A stretch of 35,397 nucleotides of DNA, from the NCBI RefSeq assembly GCF_001194135.2, contig NC_068987.1:101091797-101127193 (forward strand). Direction: 5' to 3'. The notes under the pieces are model-generated. The model was not told where the DNA came from, made no database searches, and worked only from the letters and a program-made list of their open reading frames with translations. The position numbers and the translations under genes were made by a program. Below, one piece after another: positions 1-11,127 of the stretch. The stretch comes from Octopus bimaculoides (taxonomy: Eukaryota). The first letter of the stretch is position 1. Each line of letters begins with the position of its first letter.

Positions 1-735
1 AGTTTGATCCCAGACGACAAAGCTGCTGTAGGGCTTGGCGACACTTGCAGTGCCAATCGCCCAGTTTCGGTTTCTTTTTGATCCATGTTTGCAGTTCGGT
101 GAGTGAAACGAGCTGCGGGAAGGCGCCCCTCACAAATGGCGCCCACACCTGTTCACCGTCGTCAATGCGCATGCCTGCGCATCATTAATCACGGCATCCC
201 CAGCCCTCCATTTAACGGATGTTGACAGCAAATGGATCGCCTCACCATCAGAACGCTACCCTTCCACAGAAAGAGGAAGAGTATGCGTTCTAGTTTCGTG
301 ATGGTGGCATCGGGACAAGGCACGACGGTCAAGCGGTAATCGATGACTGATGCGATATACACATTAGCCACCTCCGCTCGACCTTTTAGAGATAGCTTTC
401 TCTCGGCCCATGTTTGGCTGAGAGTCACCGCTCTACTTGTGATCTCGTCCCAGTTCTTATCCATTTGGAGGTCCAGACTAAACCAGACCCCGAGCAGTTT
501 AACCGGTCCGTCCGTCCAGCGTCCCACTACGGAGTCGCTGTTGGACGGTATGGGATTGCTTCTCCAGGTGCCGAGTAGCAAACACACTGACTTTTCCGGG
601 TTAATTTTTGGTCCCATCACCGTTTCGTATTCTTTAAGTGTCTGGCCTAGCATCTCGATGTGCTTTTGGCTCAACACTATGACCGTGACATCGTCCGCAT
701 ATGCCGACACGCTCGTCCCGCAACCCAGCTCCCGT
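1..735 (-). mobile_element. 5'-truncated Tx1/L1-clade non-LTR retrotransposon fragment (RT C-terminal half onward), continues off the window edge
   Basis: The minus frame reads RELGCGTSVSAYADDVTVIV...GPKINPEKS...GPVKLLGVWF...LSLKGRAEVANVYIASVIDYRL...LFLFLWKG...HPLNGGLGMP. This is the YADD motif (690-701) plus downstream L1/Tx1-type motifs. After a stop or frameshift a second open frame (IDDGEQVWAPFVRGAFPQLVSL...) runs to position 1. Confidence 0.9.
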
Positions 736-1880
736 ATTTTTCACTGCTTTATGATTGGCAAATTTGTTTTGAAGTTGTTAAAATGCTTTGGTGATGCGGA
801 TTCTGTGTTACTAAAAATAGTATTTTGTTCCTTTGATGGGTTCGTCTTTTTCGTGCTGCTCTAAGTTATTCTATAGGCATTACTTTTGCTCGTTGTATGC
901 TATTTTCTATAAGTAGGAGAGGGTAATTTTGACTGGGCAGAAATCCTTTGAGTGTGTTGCTGGTATTTGGATCATAGTACAAATTTTCCTGGCGACACTG
1001 TACGTGATGTTGCATTTTGTGTGTGTGTTGGATTGCATGATTTGAAATTTAGGTACAGGTGTGTATCTGTGCTTTTGTAATAAATATCAGTTGCGATTGT
1101 GGTGTTGTTTTTAATTACAATTATGTCAAGAAATGGTAATTGCTCATTTCTCTTGTGAATTTAAGACTAGCGTGTAGATTATTGAGGAGGGTACTGAATT
1201 CTTCCACATTTTCTACTGTATTAAATTAGGAAACAATGATCGAAATATCTTTTCCATGTGTCCCTTATATGTCTTGGAAATGTCATGCTGTAGTTCTCTT
1301 CCATTTTATTTTTCTGTATAGGTCTTGTTCCAAGTATCTCAATAATGAGTTTGCGAAAACGGGAGCAAATCGCGTCCCCATAGGTATGCCTCGAATTTGG
1401 AGCTAATCTTTTTTTTTTTTCTTTTTTCCATTGAAAAGGAATGTATTGTTTTCGAGGATGACGCTGATTGCGTCTAGTATGACGGTTACAGTAAATCTAC
1501 TGGGGATCACTTCTGTATGTTTCTCGACCCAATATTTTATGGCAGTACGTCCCAAATTATGTGGAATGTTTCTATGTTAGTTTGTTATGTCAAAACTAAC
1601 AGTGAATGGGATTCTGCTGTTTTGGCAGCTGTGACAGGAAATCGATGTCATCTCGAATGAAACTGGGTATGTGACTACATAGTGGATTTAGTATAATGTC
1701 AAGGAGGTTGCTCAGACAATGTGTGGGTCAGGCTGGACCAACTATAATGGGTCTTAGTTTAAGGTATTTTGGTTGTAGTAGTTTTATGTATTCACAACCT
1801 TCTTCCTTTATAGCTTTCTATATTTCTTTTGACTCATTTAGTTTGGGTAAGCTATAGAAGTTGCATACTGCTATCTTAGC
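736..1880 (-). mobile_element. Decayed Penelope-like element (PLE) reverse transcriptase region
   Basis: Manual minus-strand translation, with stops and frameshifts, gives PLE RT motifs in the correct order: SNFYSLPK; LRPIIVGPA*PTHCLSNLLDIILNPL...FIRDDIDFL; QIRGIPMGTRFAPVFA; WKRYFDHCFLI; LPFLDIIVIK...DIYYKSTDTHLYLNFKSCNPTHTKCNITYS; then the linker QNYPLLLIENSIQRAK. Confidence 0.9.
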
Positions 1881-2103
1881 TCACTCCTGAACAGTCAAGC
1901 GACTGGCCATCTTTGGGAAGAGATTTCACAAAATGTGTGTGGCTTTTGCTTTTATAGAAGCGAAAGCACTTTCAGTTCTTAACGTTTTCAAGCACGTATT
2001 ATTACATATAGTGAAATTTGTTTTCAGTAAAATTGTTGTTGACTATTTCCAGCTTAGTTTCTGACTCAGAAATCTTGTAAAATATTCAATATATGAGTAC
2101 TGC

Positions 2104-2340
2104 AATTCTTGTAATAATAAATAAAGCAACATCACCCAAGGGACTTGATCGAGGCGTGATAAGCCTCACTCAGTGCCCAATCAGTATTTTATTTATATCA
2201 TTGGTTGAGCCAGAGTAATGTGTGTATGTATGTCTGGTCTTCGAAACGTCTAGATAGAATAGAGACAGCTGATGAAGGGATATTCCAAGGGGCTTTCCGT
2301 TTTCCTATGTGTTCGTTCCGTTGTCTGTAGTTTATTGTTC
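2104..2340 (+). repeat. Probable PLE terminal-repeat-like segment with hammerhead-like motifs
   Basis: Contains CGAAACGTC (2242-2250) and CAGCTGATGAAG (2266-2277), motifs typical of PLE termini. It lies about 250 bp from the PLE RT remnant. There is no complete ribozyme core. Confidence 0.45.
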
Positions 2341-2369
2341 TAACGTCCTGTACCCTGATATGCATGTAT

Positions 2370-2432
2370 ATACACATGTAGATGTAAGTATGTACATATA
2401 TGTGTGTATACATGTATATATATTCTTTGTAT

Positions 2433-2464
<32 letters not shown>

Positions 2465-2530
2465 AGTGTATGTATGTATGTATATATATATGTACTTATA
2501 TATAAGCTTGTTTGTATATATATATATAAG
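2370..2530. repeat. (TA)n/(TATG)n microsatellite
   Basis: Read directly from the sequence. Confidence 0.95.
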
Positions 2531-3559
2531 CTTATCTACATCCTCTACATTCTTATTTATGGCATATCTGTCAGCTCCTCTAACGCTTGCAGTTACAGAG
2601 GCTTTACTAATTGTCGTGGGTTCATTGAGAGTACAGAATAAATAATGAAGTTCGATGGGGATTTGTCTATGGTCTATATAATTCAAACTAACAGAATGCT
2701 TTAGTGAATATTTGTCTCGAAGTATATCACCTCAGAACATAATTCTGTTTCGACAACATTTCAACTCCTCAGCCACTTCATCTCGATTGGCTATTCGATA
2801 TACAGCAAACCATTGATTTCCGACAATCGATGATCTGGCATCTGCTATAATCTGCATAATTAGTTGGTTAGAAATGAGTGAAATAATTATCATGTGATCA
2901 CGGATGCCTCAGTAAAACGGTTGGTCCACTGAGGCTTTGGAACCAAGAAAACCAGAAAATTGGTGGTGCAGTTGTATAGGGCATTATAATAATCGACCAC
3001 GAGCAGTAGCCATATTGACTTGAGACGATGCGAGATTTTTCATGTATCAGAATGTAGCTTGCCTTTATAAAGCAGCAAAAATCATATCCACTGCTCTACC
3101 AGGAAATATATTAAGTTTGAACATTTAAGGAAAACAGAAGTTATACTACGTGGTGAATAGACACGCAAGGATTGTACACAGTATATATTCAATTGGTATA
3201 AATGGGAGATTTATTCAGTGAAAATACAAAATGTCTAATTAAGTCGGTGAGTATGTGTACTGGCAATAATATTTACATACATACGTTATCTCCAATGTAT
3301 TCTAAAATGTAATTGGAGTTAGCACTGCTAATAAATCTGCCAGTTATTAATTATATATCATATACTGTTATCAGATTAACTTGAAAAATGCTTCTTCGTA
3401 ACACCAAAGGTTATTACTTTACGAATCTTAGTGTCGATTTGGCTAAGAATTTGGTCTGCGCTGGCCAGAGGTCAAGCCATCCAATTTCCATTCCGCTCTC
3501 CTATTAACACCCGCAAAGATTACAGTACAAACTCACAGACACACAATCACATAAACAAT

Positions 3560-3562
3560 TAT

Positions 3563-3634
<72 letters not shown>

Positions 3635-4230
3635 CATGTGTGTGTGCGTGTCTGTGTGTATACATGTATGCCTATANNNNNNNNNNNNNNNNNNNNNNNN
3701 NNNNNNNNNNNNNNNNNNNNNNNNNNNNNNNNNNNNNNNNNNNNNNNNNNNNNNNNNNNNNNNNNNNNNNNNNNNNNNNNNNNNNNNNNNNNNNNNNNNN
3801 NNNNNNNNNNNNNNNNNNNNNNNNNNNNNNNNNNNNNNNNNNNNNNNNNNNNNNNNNNNNNNNNNNNNNNNNNNNNNNNNNNNNNNNNNNNNNNNNNNNN
3901 NNNNNNNNNNNNNNNNNNNNNNNNNNNNNNNNNNNNNNNNNNNNNNNNNNNNNNNNNNNNNNNNNNNNNNNNNNNNNNNNNNNNNNNNNATATATATATA
4001 TATAGCATGATTACAATATAGATATATATATATGTAATATATGTATATATACACGAGACACTCATGCGTACATACATACATACATACATACATTCATACA
4101 TACATACATATATACATGCATGCATGCATGCATACATACATACATACATACATACATACATGCATGCATACAAACATGCATGCATACAAACATGTATGAA
4201 TGAATGTATGTATCTATGCATGCATATGTA
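3560..4230. repeat. (TA)n/(TG)n/(CATA)n microsatellite complex spanning assembly gap 3677-3989
   Basis: Read directly from the sequence. Confidence 0.95.
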
Positions 4231-4459
4231 AATCAGTAATATTTCGAGGAATTTATTGCTGCAGTTGAGTATAACATTGACACTAAATGTATTATAATGA
4301 ATTAAATATGAATATATCAATTTCTTATTTTTGATTTCTTAGCATGTGGTGACTTAGTAGAAAACAATATCTAAGTATTATATTTATACCTCCTTACATT
4401 ATGCATGTTTATTGTAATTAGCCATCATATATAGATTGGAACTTCTTTTTTATATATAG

Positions 4460-4503
4460 ACGTAAAGATACATGTGTTTGTGTGTGTATGTAGAGAGAGA
4501 GAG

Positions 4504-4549
<46 letters not shown>

Positions 4550-4588
4550 GGATGACAGATTGGGAAAGGGAAGTTAGCACTTAAATTC

Positions 4589-4622
<34 letters not shown>

Positions 4623-4689
4623 TCACATACACGCATATGTATATATAAATATGTATATATATGTATATACATACATGTGCGTTTGTGTT

Positions 4690-4731
<42 letters not shown>

Positions 4732-4735
4732 TGTG

Positions 4736-4781
<46 letters not shown>

Positions 4782-5032
4782 GTGCTTGTAAATATAAGTA
4801 CATGTTTCAGAGGGTACGTGCACAGATTGCATTCACATACAAGCACAGAAACACAAGACCATGTTCACATACGAGCGCGTAAGCATGCGCATAAACGCAT
4901 TTTTATTAACATGTTTACTTAGACGCAGACTTAGCCATATTATTCCCACCATGTTTATTAACTTGGATACCATCACATCCTAGGTATTTTCTCAATTGTT
5001 TAATTTAATGGCAATTTTCTCTCTCTCCCTCC

Positions 5033-5086
<54 letters not shown>

Positions 5087-5344
5087 TCCTCTCTCTATCT
5101 ATCTAGGTAGCCGTGTATTCCTAACTCTGTCTGNNNNNNNNNNNNNNNNNNNNNNNNNNNNNNNNNNNNNNNNNNNNNNNNNNNNNNNNNNNNNNNNNNN
5201 NNNNNNNNNNNNNNNNNNNNNNNNNNNNNNNNNNNNNNNNNNNNNNNNNNNNNNNNNNNNNNNNNNNNNNNNNNNNNNNNNNNNNNNNNNNNNNNNNNNN
5301 NNNNNNNNNNNNNNNNNNNNNNNNNNNNNNNNNNNNNNNNNNNT

Positions 5345-5375
<31 letters not shown>

Positions 5376-5534
5376 TTCTCTCTCTCTCTCTCCCTCCCTC
5401 TCTCTCTCTTCCTCTCTCTATCTATCTAGGTAGCCGTGTATTCCTAACTCTGTCTGTCTCTCTTTTTTCCTCTCTCTCTCTCATTCTCTCATTCTCTCTC
5501 TCTATCTCTCTCTCTCTTTCTCTCTCTCTCTCTT

Positions 5535-5566
<32 letters not shown>

Positions 5567-5590
5567 TCTCCCCGTCTCTCTTCTTTTATG
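4460..5590. repeat. (GA)n, (TA)n, (TG)n and (CT)n microsatellite blocks; gap 5134-5343
   Basis: Read directly from the sequence. Confidence 0.9.
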
Positions 5591-8500
5591 ATACCCATTT
5601 CATCTATAACGGTGCGAGAATAAGGTTTTCTATAATGTCTGTCTATAAATAATGGGTTATGTAAAAGTTTTGCAAAGTTCTCTGCCCATCGTTCAAAGTA
5701 TCCTTTGTATAATTGAACAGAGTGGCGGCATCTTTAGATCGGAGAAAAGCAAAGTATGATTTGCGACCATCAAATATATGTTTAGGACGCGGCATGTTAT
5801 CCTGAAATTGCTTTTACTAGAATCCAGTTGAAATGTTTGGGTTTGAGTACCAGTCTTCCGAGTGGTTCACTAGTTCCACAAGATTAGATAAATACTATAC
5901 CGATATAGTCGAGAAGGGGTTAAGCTGTAAAGTCAAAATGTTGCAACTTCCCTAGTATTTGAAACAGCTGGCAAAGATTTTACTCAGGCTCTTCTCGAAT
6001 TTTTGCAGACACACACATGTACTATTGTTGCCTCGGAGTCTAAATGCAGATGTAGATCTCGTTCTGGCAACGCAGATCTCGTTCTGACAGCGGTATGAAA
6101 ATTGCCCTGAGTGGTGACCATTACTAACAAAATTTTATTCCAGTAGCAAAATCTTTTCATTTCGTGAATAGATATGTACTTTGCAAAATTCTGGAAAAGT
6201 AATATAACTTGCTTCATTTTTTTTTTAATTGTTTTTGACAGCTAATCACTGGTATTAAGTCTTATCGAAAATCTAAACGGTGTTCTGTCGGAACCAATTT
6301 CTATGTAAAACGGTGTCAAGTAGGGTTGTGCATATACACCTTAGTTTTCTGTGTACGTCAAAGTAGTAGTATTAATATTATGAAATATGTATCTCTAGGC
6401 TATAGTGTACAACAGATTAACCAATCACTAGAAATCGCCTCAGTTCTGTAAAAAATCCTTGATAACTTTAGTTTACGATTTATAGAATTATATCGATTAT
6501 GATTATCTGGCTCACAAAGGGCAAGATGTTAAAAAAATATAACGGATCTCTTCTCCAGTGTGTGTACATTGTTTTGGACTTAGAAAAGACCTGAAGAAAA
6601 CTAAGGTGACGTTTGCCTCTGCCCCAGATGAACCGCATGTGAAACCAAATATGTTTGTTCAAGGGACGAGATATGATGTAATACGAAAACTGAAAAGGCT
6701 TGAATTGGGTACAGAGCATTCCAAAAACGATTTTGGTCAGATAGAAAATTGGTGTTTTCCATTAGGCATTGAATTTAAAATACTTTCATCGTTACATCGT
6801 TGCTATACTCATATGAGAATCGAATGATATATAGAAGATTCATTCCAATTGTATTAAACTGTCAAAAACCTAATCTTGTTGAGCATAAGGAATCATGTCA
6901 AGAGACCAACACCCCATCTTAGCCGTACTGTTCTTTATATACAACGCTATGCACATTCGCTGCCTGTTTGAAAACACATTAAAGACAAATACACAAAGTT
7001 GCGCCTTTGCTGTTGATGTCCTTGATTAAATTTCATGCCATAATTCTTATAAAACATTCAAAATCATGTCGGAGGTATGTAAAAATGTAAGGGGACTATA
7101 TTAGAGAAACTCTACTAACCTAATATTAGCAGGTGACTGCAAAATGACAGCACCGAACCATTAGATTCTAATTTCTTCGGCAAACGTTTTATACTACAGC
7201 TTCTCTTTGAACAATAATGCGCCTTTAATATTTTGCTAGTTATAAATAGGCATGTACTAAACAGACATTAATGCACACATATGAACACACATACTCTCAC
7301 AGACATAGACACACTATGCTTGAAGGGCAAAGTACTATACACTAGAATTAAGCACATAACTAGAGAGTTAGAAAGTGAACTCCTTAACCTCATAGATATG
7401 ATTGCGCCTAAATCTGATTATAGGAGACGGTGATTTCCTTAAAACTCTGTAAAATTAATGAAATCATGAATATTGTAATGTTAAAAACATAATAAAACCT
7501 GTAAACAAAATCTGACCATTTTGTGAACGGAATATTGAATGTAATTAATTTTAATAGCTTTACGTTATCAAGAAAGAACACATCTTTATCAATAACTATA
7601 ATATAATCGAATATTACGTGGGATATTTACAGTACATAAGAACAGAGTTTTGGTTCTCAGATTTCAAAATAGCATCAGAGAAGTGATAAGTGCAACAATG
7701 TTTTGATATAAAATAATTCTTATGATTTCCTATATAATAAAGAATTTGGGGTGTTCCACTTATTTTCATGTACTTTCATATTTATAAACGCTTAATATGA
7801 AATCAGTGAAAACATAACGTAAAATAAGATACTTGCTTTGTTTCAACTAAATATACGTTTAGAGGAGGAAGCATTTTTCCTTTATGAAAATTAATGTATT
7901 TCATGTTTCATGTATGAAACAAGACATTTAGTTGGATTTATGTTGAACTACTTACCTAGTGCTTTGGGGAAAACGTGTGTCGCGAAGCCATTATACTTTA
8001 TTATTTCGAATATGTTTTCTTTTAGAAAAAAGTCATTTTTATTTTCTAAACAAACAACATTCTGGTTTTTAGTCATTTCCACAGTATTCCACTCTTATAA
8101 ATCTTTTCCGATGAAAATACAGCGGAAAGAAAAGAAAAAAACTAAACATGAAAACAAAAAAATTTGCCTGTTGCTATATGTTTAGAACTGACAGCATATT
8201 TCTCTACATAATGGACTCAGAAATATATGGAAATTATGATAATTTGCGATGCAAGTTCTAAAATTTCAGGCAGGACTTTAATGCATTTAATGTTTCAATG
8301 TAGAATAAAAATAAATAAAAAAAGAAAGAAAATCCTCAGTTGTTTATGACTGGTGTCAGGTAAGTATGCTATAGGACACTATTATGAATGTTATATGAAT
8401 GTTAAAAAAGGTCTCGGAACCTCTGTTCTACAACATACAAGTATTATTATCTTTTCTTGCATATATGGAAAAAAAAATGCAAATGGAAACTAGAGGTAAT

Positions 8501-8734
8501 TACATATTTGAACTATATAAACAATATTTTTCAATTTAATTCAAAAACCTACATTGTAGCTGAATTATACAGCAACACAACCACATTGTGTCCACCAAAA
8601 ATACTGCAATACGTTTTAAAAGTTTATTTAAACTGTTTCCTCCAAACACCGAATATTTTATAAAGGGACATAGACAACGAGACATTTTTATTATAATTAT
8701 TTTATTTATTTATATATAATTTTTCATTAAAAAT

Positions 8735-8880
8735 ACCATATATCTTACCAATGGACCATTGGTAAGATATCTTACCGATGGAATTTTGGATTTCACATAT
8801 ATCTTACCAATGGAATTTTGGAATTCACTGACTACCATATATATTTTGGAATTTTGGAACTCACTGATTACCATATATAC
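8735..8880. repeat. Local mosaic of direct and inverted short repeats, including a 15+1+15 bp perfect palindrome
   Basis: ATATCTTACCAATGG-A-CCATTGGTAAGATAT at 8740-8770; GGTAAGATATCTTACC at 8761-8776; repeated ATATCTTACC(A/G)ATGGAATTTTGGA and TTTTGGAA(T/C)TCACTGA(C/T)TACCATATATA units. Confidence 0.9.
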
Positions 8881-8991
8881 TCGTTTTGCTTTTTGCTGTT
8901 TCTGAATAATTTTAACAGATGCTTCCCACATTTTCCCCGCTTTCTTAATCTAAATGGAATTGTTCACTCCTATCGTTTTATCCGTCTACGT

Positions 8992-9159
8992 CAGCGGTCC
9001 TCAATCGGAGTTCTTGAAATTTTGTTTAATGCAATTCCTAATAATATTTAACTATAAGAATATAATAGGATTTTTAAACAGAATAGCTGTGAGGGTCCAC
9101 CCGAGTAAAATAGGAATCAAAGGGGTTCATAGGTAAAAATATATTGTAGAAAACCGCTT
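8992..9159. mobile_element. Decayed hAT/Charlie-type MITE (about 168 bp)
   Basis: The left end CAGCGGTCCTCAAT resembles Charlie-type TIRs. The right end ATTGTAGAAAACCGCTT is its degenerate inverse. The flanking 8-mers GTCTACGT and GTCTAGAA resemble a decayed NTCTAGAN target duplication. Confidence 0.6.
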
Positions 9160-9299
9160 GTCTAGAATTTCATCCATTTCTCTCTTCCTTATTCTTTCTA
9201 CAACCCATCATATTCCTCCGATTCTACATCCCTAACTCAACTACATAGTCTTACTTCCCACTATACCTAATTCATTATTGACTACATAGGCACAAGAAC

Positions 9300-9462
9300 A
9301 GTTACTTCAGGGCAATGGTCTAGTCGATTACGTCGATCCCAGTGCACGACTGGTACTTATTTCATCGACCCCGACGGAATTTGAACTTCACACATAAATA
9401 GGGACGACGCTAAGCAGTTTCCCCGGCGTATTAACGATTCTGTCAGCTTGTCACCCTTGATT
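9300..9462 (-). mobile_element. Internally deleted tRNA-derived SINE copy (same family as 18121-18345)
   Basis: The reverse complement reads AAGGGTGACAAGCTGACAGAATCGTTAATACGCCGG...GTTCAAATTCCGTCGGGGTCGATGAAATAAGTACCAGTCGTGCACTGGGATCGACGTAATCGACT, collinear with the copy at 18121. Confidence 0.75.
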
Positions 9463-10307
9463 TAAATTATATCATTTTCGATGATGTGAAAGTTGAAACT
9501 ACTGTTAAATAGTACTCTTGATTTTATTTTGCGTTATTCTTTCTTTACTTAGCAATTATTCTGCTTTGCAAATGTTGAAACTAATGGTTAACGTATTGGT
9601 CACACGATTCATTAGAGCCGTGCTTTCATTATTCAGTAGAGACACATGAAGACTCACTGTGAAAGTAAACAAGAGATTACATCACGGAAGTTCTGTTTTC
9701 ATCTCTCCAAGGGCGGAAAATATAGATTCGATCATGTATCTAGCATCAATCTACTTAGAACTTTAGCAGAGAAACAATTTTATCTTATTTCTGTGAAGAT
9801 TAATAGATATTTATAATCTGTCATTTTGGACACAGCTAATCTAATCAGTTTGATTTGCATAATAGGGCAAATAATATACATAAATACCTTATGTATGTAT
9901 GTATGTATGTATGTATATGTATGTGTGTGTATGTGCGTGTGTGTGTATTATCACTCGTCCGAATACGAAGCCATAAATTTTTGTCACAATTTTACAAGCA
10001 TCATACTTTATATATTACATGCATATATACATGCATTAAACGTCGAAGAAAATAAATATCACACAACTAAACTATTGATTATTTAAAATTATCTCCATTT
10101 CCAGAGAACATTCGTTGTTTGGGAATTCTGAACAACTGCTAATGATTAGGAGTGATAATTTCAAGAATCAGTTCTCAAAAATCACTATATCATTAAGGAA
10201 AAGACAATTTGATTATGTGTATGGAAGATAGATATAGATAGTACTTTTTCCACGATGGGAGCCATCAGCACTGCAGTTAACTACATTATCTCCAGCAGAT
10301 ACTCTTA

Positions 10308-10490
<183 letters not shown>

Positions 10491-11127
10491 CTTACAGCAA
10501 TATAAAGTAAGAGTTTATTACAGTTACACACACACACGTACGTACGCACACGCACACACAACGATACACATGTTAGTATGTGTGTCGTTATATTATACAT
10601 TGGGCATACCTATAGATGAGTGACCCACAGGAATTTGTTTCTTCTTACGCTTAGGGAAAATGGGTATTTTCAAATGAAAAGTTGTACAAATACGCTGAAG
10701 TGAGATAGGAAAATGACCGCTAACCTCATAAATTCTGATGTGGAATACGTGAAACAAAGGAAAAATTTTGGAGTGTAATGTAAGTTACGGTTTCTATTCT
10801 GAAGGTATTCAGTCAATAAAACGAATGTGATCTTCTACGGTTTCTGATGTGAAGGTAGGCAGCGAAAAAGAACAGAAAACTGATCTTATAGAGATATAAC
10901 TGTAGAACAACTGCAAAATAATACTTAATACTTACAGCAATGTGAAGTAATGGAGCTTATTACAGTTATACACCCCCCCCNNNNNNNNNNTCGTTGTATT
11001 ACACATATGGCATACCTACAGAAGAGTGTCCCACCGTATTTTGAAATAAAATGAAGAAATATAATAATCCTATAAAAATTATTTCCTTTAGGCAGGTTAT
11101 ATATTTTTAATTTGGTTTAATTTGGTT

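Noticed and set aside
343-864. 173-aa plus-strand ORF
   Set aside because: It is the antisense shadow of the Tx1-like RT on the minus strand.
5085-5458. Identical TCTAGGTAGCCGTGTATTCCTAACTCTGTCTG block on both sides of gap 5134-5343
   Set aside because: Exact identity flanking a gap inside (CT)n is most simply a contig-end overlap artefact.
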